Assembly (NCBI RefSeq): GCF_006345805.1
Contig: NC_043002.1
Location: forward strand, 13,454,001 to 13,518,000
Origin: Octopus sinensis
Lineage: Eukaryota
Direction of reading: 5' to 3'
DNA: 64,000 bases
Below, piece after piece: positions 27,359 to 40,701 of the stretch. Each line of letters starts with the position of its first letter. Within the stretch, counting starts at the first letter, position 1. The position numbers were made by a program, and so were the translations under genes. The notes beneath the pieces are model-generated. The model made no database searches, had not been told where the DNA came from, and worked only from the letters and a program-made list of their open reading frames with translations.

Positions 27359-27793
27359 TGAAAGGCCATACCATCAAGATTATGGATACCCTTCTGGTTG
27401 ATTTAGAGTAATTTTGGGAAGGGATCTGGAATGCAAACAAAGAACTCAACAGAGGTGCAATGTGGTCAGATGAGCTATTGAGTGAACACTATCCAAAACT
27501 CTCTCCTGAAACATATATGAACATTAAAACTTTCCTGACAGTTGTTGCAAAACTACCGAACGGGAATCAACTGAGAGAGACCAAGGAGTGGTTATTGATA
27601 TAAAAACTCAAATCTTACATGGAAACTCTCCTTAATCTGTTCAAAAGAGAAACGAATACTGGGATTTATGTCCTGGATCGTCTGGCTGTCGCACGTTCAA
27701 CACTAGTGCCTCAAAATTTGACGCCTGAGGCTAAACACTACAGGCTCCCTTTGGGTGATTAAATTTGATGCATAAATTATACAGATATTGTTT

Positions 27794-27965
27794 GAATATA
27801 TTCCTTCAAAATCAGTGCAATACAGAAATGGTAGGACGTGATTAAGGATGATCTCCAGAGGCTCGACATCATCTTGGAGGAAGCAGAAGGGCTGGTTTGG
27901 GACCGCCAGCGTTGGAGAGCATTGGTGGACCTGGTCGGCTCTACGAACGATGATGCCTCTGTGAC
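27794..27965 (+). mobile_element. RTE 3' fragment; inverted counterpart at 28662-28790
   Basis: W*DVIKDDLQRL...DRQRWRALV. Confidence 0.7.
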
Positions 27966-28151
27966 CAAGGAAAGAAAGGAATCTGGGGCTGTGTCGAATA
28001 CTCTTCAACAACAAAACCGTTCTTAAAGAAGCTAAATCCCCCCCCCCAATCCTGCTGACTAGTCTATAAGAAAGCATTTGAAACTGTTCCCCACTCATGG
28101 ATAATAGAGTCACTCTACCTTGCTAAAGTTCCAACTGTTATAGTCAATACC

Positions 28152-28365
28152 TATTTCTTTACTACCCACAGAGAGGGCAAACAAGGACAGACAAACGGAT
28201 TAAGTCGATTATATCGACCCCAGTGCGTAACTGGTACTTATTTAATCGAAAGGATGAAAGGCAAAGTCGACCTCGGCGGAATTTGAACTCAGAACGTAAC
28301 GGCATACGAATTACCGCAAAGCATTTCGCCCGGCGTGCTAACAGTTCTGCCAGCTCGCCGCCTTT
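28152..28365 (-). mobile_element. SINE family A
   Basis: 16-bp TSD TGTTATAGTCAATACC. Confidence 0.95.
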
Positions 28366-29129
28366 TGTTATAGTCAATACCATTAAGAGGTTGATAACAT
28401 GGTTCACAAAGCTATCGATAAGAAATGAAGCCATCACTATAGTCAGTAACAAAATCAGGATATTAACAGGAATATTTTAGGGCCAATGCTTGTGTGTAAT
28501 ACATTTTATCCTGGCTATGAACACCTTATTGACAATCTTAAGGAAGTAAAAAAGCTACATGATAAGAGGTGCAAATGAAAGTAAGTCTAATTTCAGCCGT
28601 ACATTTATTTAGGTTGATGCTTTTCGACTATATGTAAGTCAAATCTGTGACATCAAGATCCGACAAGGTACACCAGTGCTCTCCAGCGCTGGTGGTCCCA
28701 AACCAGCCCCTCTGACGTCGAGCCTCTGGAGATCATCTTTAATCACGTCCTAGCATTTCTGTATTGCACTGATTTTGGAGGAATATATTCTATTCCCGTC
28801 ATTTATAAGGTCATTTATTACAGGAAGTAGGAAAGGGATTTAGCCAGGATAGGTGTTCATTTTTGATAGTCAAACGAAAATGATTGTCGAACAGGTAAGA
28901 ATATGGATATCAGTGGCGTCTCTACATCTCATTTGCCCAGTGATAAATGACCTTGGGATCGACGGGAATAGAATCCTAGAAAGGTTCATGGGTTCTGCAA
29001 AAGGAACAGAACTAACTGATTAGCATTCTCTAGATACAATCGATTTAAGGAACAGTGAAAATTTGTAAAACATTTCTGGGATTCTCCATTTGAGGTCCCT
29101 GGGTGAACATAAGCGATCAATCATGTACC

Positions 29130-29362
29130 TATTTCTTTATTACCCACAAGGGGCTAAACATAGAGGGGACAAACAAGGACAGACATACGGATTAAGTCGA
29201 TTACATCGACCTCAGTGCGTAACTGGTACTTAATTTATCGACCCCGAAAGGATGAAAGGCAAAGTCGGCCTCGGCGGAATTTGAACTCACAACGTAACGG
29301 CAGACGAAATACCGCTAAGCATTTCGCCCGGCGTGCTAACGTTTCGGCCAGCTCGCCGCCTT
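29130..29362 (-). mobile_element. SINE family A
   Basis: 15-bp TSD GATCAATCATGTACC. Confidence 0.95.
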
Positions 29363-29702
29363 CAATAGATAGATAGATCAATCATGTACCGATATGGAAT
29401 ACATATACACAAATACACGTAAGCAGTAACGAAAAGTCTACACTTGTGTCCTAGAGTGACGTGTATCTTACTACCAGAGTTCAATTCATCCACAAACAAA
29501 CACATACATACAGTATTCGGACATATATGCATGCATCAATCAGTTCAGGTGCTTTGACTTATACAAAAGTGTCATTTTTTTTTTTTACTTTGTTAAAAAC
29601 CGGTTTGAATTCTGTAAAAAAATTTAATTAATTAAATAATCACAAAGAAACATGCAATAAAACATACGTATGTACATGTGTATGTGCGTTTGAGTATGTG
29701 TA

Positions 29703-29733
<31 letters not shown>

Positions 29734-29829
29734 ATAGTTGGAATTTACAAAAAAAAAAAACAAGACAAAAAACAAGACAGATTTGTAAACGACAGGTGTA
29801 TTAGTTTAACGCTGGGCAAGTGAGAAAGT

Positions 29830-29863
29830 TTTTACGTTTCGAGCCTGCGCTCTTCATCAGAAA
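29830..29863 (-). ncRNA. Minimal type I hammerhead motif, core intact
   Basis: TTT-CTGATGA-A-GAGC(GCAG)GCTC-GAAACGT-A-AAA; downstream sequence resembles 19031-19129. Confidence 0.75.
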
Positions 29864-29878
29864 GGAAGACAGAAATAA

Positions 29879-29928
<50 letters not shown>

Positions 29929-29995
29929 GGAGAGAGAGAGAGAAAATAGTAATGGGTTAGTGGCTAATACACGCACACGCACACACACATACACA

Positions 29996-30098
<103 letters not shown>

Positions 30099-30391
30099 GT
30101 GGAGGCGCAATGGCCCAGTGGTTAGGGCAGCGGATTCGCGGTCGTAGGATCGCGGTTTCGATTCCCAGACCGGGCGTTGTCGTGTTTATTGAGCGAAAAC
30201 TCCTAAAAAAGGTCCGGCAGGGTGATCCCTGCTGTACTCTTTCACCACTCTTTCTCCCACTCTTTCTTCTGTTGGTCTGCTCGCTTAGCCAGCGGGGTGG
30301 CGTCATTCGAAGGCTAAAACAATGCGAACGCATTGTGACCAGCGATGTGTAACAGCATCTGATGGTCTGGTCGGTCACGTGATCACGTGAT
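30099..30391 (+). mobile_element. SINE type E, full length
   Basis: tRNA-like head with A and B boxes; tail GTGATCACGTGAT. Confidence 0.9.
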
Positions 30392-30483
30392 ATATACATA
30401 CACATGCATATACATAATACATATATATATACACACACATACTTACATATATATACATCTATCTATTTATCTATCTATCTATC

Positions 30484-30533
<50 letters not shown>

Positions 30534-30534
<1 letters not shown>

Positions 30535-33500
30535 CAACAACAAAACCAACACAGTCGACAATAGACCCCAATTCTTTCCCTCTTCCAGACTCCGATTCGT
30601 CTGATCTGTCATTAGACGAAGAAGACACGGAAGATTGGCAAATAGCCACAGGGGGGAGAAGAAAAAGGGGAAAAAAAAGAAAAGAAAAAATAACAAACAA
30701 AGCGGAAGATACACCACTCCCGAAACAAAAAATCCACAGAAAACACACACATCAACACAAACACAGCATCATCAAACCCCCCAAAAATGTTGACAGCCAT
30801 AAACACAAACAACCACGACCTAATGGAACACATTAGGTCAAACACTAACATTACTGAAAACGACATAAAAACAAGTAACCACCCACATACAACACCACCA
30901 CAACACATTAAAATAATACACGTGACACAAAACACATACAGCACCCTGAAATCTCTTTACCCTGATGCAGTAGGGAGATTTCAAAAGTACTCATCAAAAA
31001 AACTGTATAAAAGCCTCATAGAAGAAGACCGTGAGGTGAAAGACAAAGAACTTTCGAAAAACAAGTAACCTTTTCTCTCTCCTTTTCCTTTTTTGCACTT
31101 TTATCGGAACATGCTCAGAATAGGTAGTATAAATGTACGTGGCTTGGGGTCGCCTTGGAAACAAGGCTACCTGTTAAATGACATCAAGTCACTAAATCTG
31201 AATATCATAGCCATCAGTGAGACCAGACTCCACAGCTTGCGGGCACTCCAGCACATTTTCGGTACACATTTCAACATTTATTTTTCTCCGTGTCTACCGA
31301 GAATGGGCGGAGGTGGCACCGCGGTGCTTATCCGGAAGAGTCTGGATCTCAAAGTAAGAGCAATTTCCTAGACCGGAGGGTAGGCTGGTCGTTTTGGATG
31401 TCGATGGCAGCAATGAGTGTGCTTTTCGACTGATAGCAGTTTATGCTCCGTCCTTAACAGGCCGACCAGATTTCTTTCGACGTCTAGAGTCTTTCATGGG
31501 AACGTCTCGTCCTTTACTTTTAGTGGGGGATTGGAATGCCACCCTGGACACGCATCTAGACTACGTGGGCAGAGATAGCAATAGAAGGGGATGCAAATGC
31601 CTCAAAGACCTGCTCAGACGTTTCCAACTGTCTGACAGGTACCGACTGGACCACCCGAATGTGCCAATGTGGACATGGAGTAACCGCATCGGGTCGTCCA
31701 GATCATACTTAGACAGAGTATTCTGTAGGACAATAGATAAAATAGTGTGGGTTGTCCACAATTTCATATAGTCAGTTACACAGATCACAAGTTTGTGACT
31801 TGTACACTTGACTTAGATAAGACACATAGGCAGGGTCCTGGTTACTGGAAACTGAACGCGTCTTTTACAGCACGACAGGTTTACAGGGACCGGATCAGCA
31901 CATTAGTTAAGAGAGCTTTGACGGGTACCATCATCAACAACAGATGGTGGTATGCCCTAAAAAAAGCGATTAAAGCAGAATCAGTCAGATACAGTAGAGC
32001 CTTAGCATTAGACCGAAATAGAATAGAGGGAGAATTAGTAAAGGTTTTAGAAGAGGCACTTAGAACTGGCATCGCGTCCAACGTACTGGCGGCGAGATTG
32101 GCCCTCGACCAACACCTCAACGCCAAACACGAGGGATGCGTTGTCAGAGCTAGGATGCGTGCTCTGAGGAACGAAGGAGTTGGAGCCGCCCAAGAGGCCC
32201 GAGTGGTGGAGACGCAACGAGGCAATAGAGCCACCATCAAGTCTCTTATAGATGAACAGGGGCGCGAATTGCTCGAGCCTAAAAGGATGTGTGGGGTTTT
32301 TCAACAACACTTCACCCAACTGTTTGGGACAAGTGGTGAGTCAGAAAGCAGAGTGGACTTTAGTGCCTACCTGCATGCCTTGCCACGACTCTCAGCAAGG
32401 GAGGTGGAGTCTTGTGAAAAGCCTATCACAGCTGCGGATGTACAGGATGCGATGGTAGGCTGCGCGAGAGACAAGTCACCAGGCTTGGATGGTCTGCCCT
32501 ACGAATTTTATTTTCATATACCAGACTTGTTTGGAGGCGTCTTGGCAGCTGTCTACTGCAACTGGCAGCAGAACGGGAGTATTCCTGCTTTTGTAAAGCG
32601 AGGAGCAGTGGCACTGATCAAGAAAGACCCAAACAAGGGGGACGTCATAGATAATTTCAGGCCCATCACTCTGCTCAACGCAGATTTGAAAATTTTGGCC
32701 AAGGTGTTAGCCGAGAGGTTGGCGCTTGTCATCAAGAAACTAATCGACAAGGCGCAAACATGCGCCGTGCCGGGTAGAAGTATTCATGACAACCTCCATC
32801 TGATGCGCTACATCATAGACAGGGTAGTTAAAAATCCTGGCATGGGTGGGGCGCTGATCAATTTGGATCAATCAAAAGCCTTCGATAGGGTAGACCATCA
32901 CTACTTGGAGGCTGTCCTCAAAGCGGCTGGTTTCGGTCCAGTTTTCCGCGGTTGGATCGCTGCCTTATACAGCGGCATCCGCTCAGTAGTTCGCGTAAAT
33001 GGTCATCTATCCAGACCTTTTAACATCATGCGTTCGGTTCGTCAGGGATGCCCCCTCTCATCGCTGCTGTATGTACTGACTCTTGAGCCACTACTGCGGA
33101 AACTGGCGACGCTGAGGGGCATCCCACGAGAGCTGGGATGCGGGAGGAGCGTGTCTGCATACGCGGATGACGTCACCGTCATAGTGTCGAGCTACAAGCA
33201 CATCGAGCTGGTCGGCGAGACACTGAAAGAATACGAAGCGGTAACGGGAGCAAAAATTAACCGGGAAAAGTCAGTGGGCTTGCGGCTCGGCACCTGGAGA
33301 AGCAAGCCCATGCCGTCCAACAGTGTCTCCATCGTGGGACGCTGGACGGACGGACCGGTTAAATTGCTCGGGGTCTGGTTCGGTCCGAACCTCCAAATGG
33401 AGAAGAACTGGGGCGAGATAACGACTAGGGTGGCTACTCTCACCCAGAAATGGACTGAGAGAAAGCTATCCCTAAAAGGTCGGGCGGAGGTGGCGAACGC

Positions 33501-34561
33501 GTACATCGTATCCGTCATCGAGTATCGTCTGACCGTCGTGCCTTGTCCCGACCCTACCATCACCAAACTGGAACGCATACTCTTCCGCTTCTTGTGGAAG
33601 GGAAACGTTCCGATGGTTAGACGATCCATTTGCTGCCAACACCCGCTAAATGGAGGGCTGGGCATGCCGTGGTTGATGATGCGCAGACATGCGCTGAGAC
33701 TGCGACATCTCCGGCGCTTCATAGACAACGGTGAACAGGGGTGGTCGCTTTTTGTGCGGCGCGCTTTCCCGCAGCTCGTCTCCTTGGACGAACTACAGTC
33801 ATGGATCAAGCAGAGACCGAGGCTAGGCGAATGGCACCGCGAGTGTCGCGTTGCTCTCAAGCAACTCTGCCGTCCGGGATCGAACTTGTGCGACTCCATC
33901 ACAACAAGGCATTCTATAGAGGATTAGTGGAGGGGAGGTGCGACGACGAACTCGGGCAGAGTCTGGGCGTCGACGAGGAACACCTGACCCGCCTGTTCAG
34001 GACAACTTTCGGGCCGGGACCTATGAACAATCACCAAAGATCCCTGGCCTGGCAGTGCTATCGAGAAGCATTACCTGTTCGGGATAAGCTCTACAGACAC
34101 GGTTCCAGACACACTGGACCGACTTGCCCGAGATGCGGTCAGAGCGACGAAACCGTTCTGCACGCACTCGTGCAATGTCCAACCATTTCCGACCTGTGGG
34201 CTTATGCCGAACGGCTGCTGTCACGTGTGGGACGAATCCGCCTATCGGCCGAGTCTATCGTGAGAATTGCTCCACCCCCTTCCCTCAACCGGGAAGGCAA
34301 GGCAGTTTTCATCGTACTGGTGGCCATGGTGAAAGAATGTGTGTGGTGGACTCGAGCGAAAGGATTAGAGACAAACACTTACTCTCTGGCCAATCGCTCA
34401 TCAACTTTTTCAAGTACCACTTGAAAAGGAAGGTGAGAATGGAGAGGGAAGTGTTTTGTCTCGCGAAAAATTCAAAAAAAGATGGGTGAATGTTGCAAAG
34501 ATGGTGCGTGCTAGTAACGAAACCATTTTGAGCATGATCCTGTAGATCGTAAAAAAGAAAG
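30534..34561 (+). mobile_element. Tx1-clade (L1 group) LINE: 3' part of ORF1 plus ORF2 (31111-34545) with a few frameshifts
   Basis: MLRIGSINVRGL APE start, GDWNA, SPGLDGLP, RPITLLNAD, LDQSKAFDRV, RQGCPLS, YADD, C-terminal CPRC..ETVLHAL.QC; 3' end runs into the gap. Confidence 0.92.
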
Positions 34562-34661
34562 NNNNNNNNNNNNNNNNNNNNNNNNNNNNNNNNNNNNNNN
34601 NNNNNNNNNNNNNNNNNNNNNNNNNNNNNNNNNNNNNNNNNNNNNNNNNNNNNNNNNNNNN
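34562..34661. other. Assembly gap (100 N)
   Basis: Directly visible. Confidence 0.99.
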
Positions 34662-34669
34662 AAATACAT

Positions 34670-35000
34670 AGTTGGCTTCGGCGGAATTTGAACTCAGAAC
34701 ATTAAGAGGCAGAACAAATACCGTAAGGTAATTTTCCCGTCGTTCCAACGAGTCTGTCATTCCACAACCTCAACTTTTTAATAATCTTTCCTAGTATAGG
34801 AGCAAGGAATAAAATTTGTTGGGAAGGGGGTAAGTCGATTACATTGGTCCCAGTGCTCAAGTGGTACTTAGATTTTATCGACTCCGAAAAGATAAAAGGC
34901 AAAGTCGACCTCGGCGGAATTTGAACTCACAACATAGAGACGGACGAAATGCCGCTAATTATTTTGCCCGCTGTCCTAACGATTCTGCTAGCTCGCCGGT
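34670..35000 (-). mobile_element. Two SINE family A fragments
   Basis: Consensus matches. Confidence 0.8.
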
Positions 35001-35109
35001 TTCTCACCTCTTTTTATAAAAAAAAAAGCTTAAAAAACGTGGTCGCTCGACGTACTTGAATTAGCAACCACATTTCTTAGGAAGGACAGATTAAATAGAA
35101 TAACCTTTG

Positions 35110-35740
35110 ATTATGTTGATAATGAAGAGATCGAAGTGGTTGATGATTTCATGTTCCTTGGCTCGAAAATAAATCGAGATGGTAACTGCACTCCAGAAAT
35201 AAGGCGGCGGATAGTACTAGGCAGAGAGGCAATGGTCAGTATGAGCAAGATCTGGAAGAGTAGAGACATCAGCCCCGCTATCAAATGCAGATTGGTGAAT
35301 GCAATCGTCTTCCCAATAGCAACATATGGATGCGAGACCTGGACACTAAAGAAAGCTGACCAGAAGAGAATTAATGCATTCGAGCTTTGGTGTTGGAGAA
35401 GACTTTTACGGATTCCATGGACAGCGAGTCTCATCATTGGAGAAGTTCTTAAGCAGATCAGGCTGAAAATGTCGCTAGAAGCTAGGATCACCAAGCATAG
35501 ATTGGCATATTTTGGTCATATTATGCGGGGAAAATCCCTGGAGAAGTACATCATGCTCGGAATGGTCAGTGGCAAGAGAGGAAGAGGCCGACCAAGAACC
35601 CGCTGGCTTGACACCATCAAGAGTGACACGGGAATGGTCATAGCCAGTCTGAAAGAAGTGACCCAGGATAGAACTGGCTGGAGAACACTGATTCATCGAG
35701 TAACCGAGAGTCGACTTCGACTGAGCGGATAGATGGATGG
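35110..35740 (+). mobile_element. RTE (BovB-like) LINE 3' fragment
   Basis: FMFLGSKI, ATYGCETW, FELWCWRRLLRIPW, YFGHIMR, GRGRP..RW.D; (GATG)n tail. Confidence 0.93.
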
Positions 35741-36167
35741 TCAGTACGTCTGAAAAAAAATAGCTGACGAGGTTGTTACGACGGAAATAACTTCGACCAT
35801 GGGACTCAACACGACCACGTTAATAGTATAGTCTTTGATGTTACTATGTATGAGAGAAAAAAAATTATTGAGGTTGTGGTGGTCACGGCTGGAATATCTT
35901 TGATCATAGGTCTCTACACGATCACGACAGACCTGTGTTCATTAAATAGTAAAGGCGTTGAAACACTATGTTCAAAAGAAAACAAAAAATCGGTGACGTG
36001 GTCATGGCTGGATTGATTTCGACCATCCATAGGTCCCTCCGCCATCATGCTATGACCTACAGCCTAAACACTAAAAATCAACAATAACAACAAAACAACA
36101 ACAACAACAACACAACAACAACAACAATGTGTGAAAAACATTTTTTGCAGGTAACTTTCGAAGGTTT

Positions 36168-36340
36168 TTACGTCACGTTCATTACGTCACTGTTACTATG
36201 GCGATACAATTAAATAATTCACCATTCCATTATATTTCTATATAAATCTATTTTATTATATATATTATTTTATTTAATCCTTCCTCATCCCCCTCCGCCT
36301 CCGTATCGCACGTCCGTCCTCTGTTTCCGGAGTCGAACCA
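36168..36340. promoter_or_regulatory. Possible promoter-like cluster: two TTACGTCA (ATF/CREB-like), X-box-like GTTACTATGGCGAT, TTCCGG
   Basis: Motifs at 36168, 36182, 36192 and about 36325 in non-repetitive, locally CpG-rich sequence. Confidence 0.25.
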
Positions 36341-36516
36341 TTTGCAGCACAAAGGCATCTTTTTCACATCGTTTTTTTTTTTTTCTTTTGCAACTGATTT
36401 ATCGCTCTCCTGAGATATTTACGCGTTTATTTTTCATGTTCGCAATAATGGATATGTTTGTTTTGATACTGCTATGCCGACCTCCCTCTACACACACACA
36501 CACACAACACACACAC

Positions 36517-36557
<41 letters not shown>

Positions 36558-36612
36558 TTTAGCCTTGTTCTTGTCAGAGAATTGATTATTACTGATCTTA
36601 CCTTTTTTTAAT

Positions 36613-36726
36613 GTGTATGTATGTATGAATGCATATATCTATGTGTGTGTGTATGTATGTATGTATGCATGTAATGTAATGTATGTATGTATGTATGTAT
36701 GTAATGTATGTATGTATGTATGTATG

Positions 36727-36757
<31 letters not shown>

Positions 36758-37365
36758 TGTATGTATGTATGTATGTATGTATGTATGTATGCATGCATGT
36801 ATGTATATATGTATGTATGTAATGTATGTATGTATGTATGTATGTATTTATGTATGTTATGTATGTATGTATGCATGTATGTATGTATGTAATGTATGTA
36901 TGTATGTATGTATGTAATGTATATATGTATGTATGTATGTATGTAATGTATGTATGTATGTATGTATGTATATATGTATGTATGTAATGTATGTATGTAA
37001 TGTATGTATGTATGTATGTATGTATGTATGCATGTATGTATGTATGTATGTATGCATGTATGTAAGTATGTATGTATATATGTATATATGTATGTATGTA
37101 TGTATGTAATGTATGTATGTAATGTATGTATGTATGTATATATGTATGTATGTATTTATGTATGTATGTATGTATGTATATATGTATGTATGTATGTACG
37201 TATGTATGTATGTATGTTTGTATGTATGTATGTATGTATGTATGTTTGAATGTATGTATGTATGTATGTATTTAATGTATGTAATGTATGTATGTAATGT
37301 ATGTATGTAATGTATGTATGTATGTATGTATGCATGCATGTATGTATATATGTATGTATATAATG

Positions 37366-37400
<35 letters not shown>

Positions 37401-37414
37401 TGTATGTATGTATG

Positions 37415-37446
<32 letters not shown>

Positions 37447-37546
37447 GTATGTATGTATGTATGTATGCATGCATGTATGTATATATGTATGTATGTAATG
37501 TATGTATGTATGTATGTATGTATGTATGTATGTATGTATGTATGTA
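36613..37546. repeat. ~930-bp (TATG)n satellite with TAATG variants
   Basis: Directly visible. Confidence 0.97.
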
Positions 37547-37920
37547 TGCGCTGGAATGTTCGAGGGTGCTGTTAACCCACAGGGAATGAGGGTCTCCTGG
37601 TCTTTATCAAGACATCCTTCTAGGAAGAGGTTAACCCGTATATAAAGCCCAATGCTCTAGTAAGCCATATTTCTTACACTCTGCATATCTCTGGGCTTCT
37701 TGCTATTTCTAGTGAGAGTTATTGTGTGCTGTGTGAGCCGCGATTTAAAACCCTTGCACGGGAGTTGCTGACTCATATCGCCGATGGTTATACTCGTCTA
37801 ACGAGTTGACAGCCATCATGTATGTGTAGTATGTAGTGTATTTGTGTGTACGTGCGAGTGCATGTACGTACGAATGTATGTACTTACGTATGTTTGTATG
37901 TATGTGTGCAAGTATGTATA

Positions 37921-38804
37921 CGTGGTCTGACTTATAAGTACCGGAACTGTTGCCATAGTAACAAAGCTAAAGCACGCTAAGTAAAGTCGTTTGGCACAGA
38001 TTGACCTTAAACTCTGCTGTGTATGCGCACTAAGTTTTAATGTCCTAGTTTACTTCCCCTGTTTACACCAGTGCTTGGAAGGAAGGTGTGTAGCGTGTGA
38101 TCGTCGCATTGGCCATGACAGAGAAAGTTGAGCAGAAAATCTGCATCAAACTTTTACCAAAAGCTTGGTGGTACCTGCTCTGAAGCCTACGCAATGTTTT
38201 CAAAAAGTTTTCATCGTTTTCGACACAATCAAAGATATCTTGTGAAACTGAAACCCGAGCGTCTTATTCGTCAGCTGAAAGCAGTTTTGGCACAAACTTT
38301 ACAGACACGCGTCTCATACCCAAATCTTCAGCGATAATGGACTGAACTGAGCTGTACATCTTCTGATTACTCACGGATGGTGATTCGAAGATTTTCCGTC
38401 ACAGCTGCACGCACATCTGTGAGGTTTTTCTCCATTCCGCTGGTTGTAGGTCTCCCAGAACCTTCATGAATATCGACATTTTTTCAGGTATCTTGGAAAC
38501 GTCTGAGTCACACATACACTTGTGTGCAGCTCATACACTTCTCTCTATACAATTTCTGCAACTTTGCCCCGTCTTCTGAGCAGGTATCGCCATGACAAAT
38601 TTCTCTGTCATGGTCAATGCGACGATCACACGCTACACACCTTCCTTAAAAGCACTGCTGTAAACAAGTAAAGTGAGCTAGAGCGTCAAAACTTAGTGCA
38701 CAGGCACAGCAGAATTTAAGGACAATCTGTGCCTAGCATCTTTACTCAGCGTTTTTAGCTTCGTTACTATGGCAACAGTCCGGATACTTATTGATCAGAG
38801 CTCA
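37921..38804. mobile_element. Inverted fusion of two mariner left arms
   Basis: Plus arm reaches MTEKVEQKICIKL..EAYAM; minus arm reaches GRP..KFVPKLL..DENFLKT; TA at both outer ends. Confidence 0.85.
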
Positions 38805-39085
38805 TATATCTTTGAATACACATATTACATATGCATGCAAATACGTATGAATGAAAAGGTTGGACAAAATAATGGAAACATGTTGTTGAAATAATTTGGG
38901 GTTTGTCCATCTTTTGCACCAATCATAGATTTGGGAAATTTTCTAGTATAGATTCTGAACAGTTATAAGGAAAATTTTGAGCCATTCTTTAAGTAAATCC
39001 CATTTTAGGTCTTTCTTCGATTATAGTGGAGGGAAGCAGTTCTAAAATGCATCTCAAATGTTCGATTATATTGAGATCTGGTGAT

Positions 39086-39116
<31 letters not shown>

Positions 39117-39129
39117 GGTGGGGAAAAAC

Positions 39130-39510
39130 CTAGGTGATTAGAGCAAATCGACCTCAGGACTTATTCTTTGTAAGCCCAATACTTATTCTATCTGACTGGT
39201 TTGTCTAACTGCTAGGTTACAGGGATGTAAACAGACTAGCATCGGTTGTCAAGCGATATTGGGAGGGGGGATAGAAAGACACACACACACATACACACAC
39301 ACACATACACACACATACACATACACACACACACACACACGTACACACACATATATACGACGAGTGTCTTTCAGTTATCGTCTACCAAATCCATTCACAA
39401 GGCTTTGGTTGGCCCGAGGCTATAGTAGAAGACACTTGCCCAAGGTGCCACGCAGTGGAACTGAACCCGGAACCATGTGGCTGGTAATCAAGCTACTTAC
39501 CGCACAGCCA
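39130..39510 (-). mobile_element. SINE family C with internal (CA)n
   Basis: Head at 39355-39510, tail part at 39130-39260. Confidence 0.8.
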
Positions 39511-39987
39511 CAGAAAAGAGTGAGTGATAATTCATCAAAACAGATGTCACAAAAGCAATTCGTCGATTCGGTTTCGATTCTTGCTACAATAATATCATTC
39601 CTGTGAACCACTGACACCATTTTTACAGCGCTTATAAATGTTGATGGGGAACAGAATAGATTCAGTAACTGCAGTCCTCCCATCCTATCCAGCTAAATGG
39701 AGTGCGCCAAGGATGTTTTTCGATATACGATTGGCAAAGACGTAGTTTATCTCTGCTGTCACATTTGCTACCGCTGTTCGATGGATTTTAGATACAATAC
39801 GCTCCACAATTCTGCGGTTCCTCTCTACGCCCTATGTCCTCTGTCTAGAATTATAGTTACCAGAGCCGGTTTTACCTCGGTTTTAGAATGCAAGCATGAA
39901 ACTGTACTTCCCGAATCATTAAACAATTCAGCTGTTTTGATGATTGAAGCTTCAGCCATCTAATCTCAACAAATAATACATTCTAGA

Positions 39988-40372
39988 GTGGAGGCGCAAT
40001 GGCCCAGTGGTTAGGAAAGCGGACTCGCGGTCATAGGATCGCGGTTTCGACTCCCAGACCGGGCGATGTGAGTGTTTATTGAGCGAAAACACCTAAAAGC
40101 TCCACGAGGCTCCGGCAGGGGATGGTGGTGATCCCTGCTGTACTCTTTCACCACAACTTTCTCTCACTCTTACTTCCTGTTTCTGTTGTACCTGTATTTC
40201 AAGGGGCCGGCCCTGTCACTCTCTGTGTCACGCTGAATATCCCCGAGAACTACGTTAAGGGTGCACGTGTCTGTGGAGTGCTCAGCCACTTACACGTTAA
40301 TTTCACGAGCAGGCTGTTCCGTTGATTCGGATCAACCGGAACTCTCATCGTTGTAACCGACGGAGTGCTTCC
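39988..40372 (+). mobile_element. SINE type B-prime (Arg-like head, RTE-like tail)
   Basis: TSD ACATTCTAGA. Confidence 0.93.
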
Positions 40373-40635
40373 ACATTCTAGAAATCAGAGAGTTCACGTA
40401 TTTTAACTCACACGCCAAAAAGAAAAACAGAGCGTTTTATCATAAGGTATAAGACATACATAATGCATATCAATATATATCAATACAATTTTATTCAATT
40501 CTGGGTATGTCAGGAGTAGAACCCTAATTATATAAAGTAATGTTTAAATTTACCGTAAATGGTATTTTTACATACTGAACACTGCTTGGTAAAATTATTA
40601 ATTACTAATTAATTAATTTTACCCTTATTATTATT

Positions 40636-40700
<65 letters not shown>

Positions 40701-40701
40701 A

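Larger units (their letters stand above)
27060..28635 (+). mobile_element. Decayed R4/Dong-like LINE RT region, interrupted by SINEs and an RTE piece
   Basis: FANNPQGMYR..FWEGIWN, YKKAFETVPHSWIIE, GIF*GQCL (GIFQGDSL), DAFRLY (DDLKLY). Confidence 0.6.

Noticed and set aside
30099-30170. tRNA-like cloverleafs at SINE heads
   Set aside because: They continue into SINE bodies with TSDs and lack a proper acceptor stem, so they are not tRNA genes.
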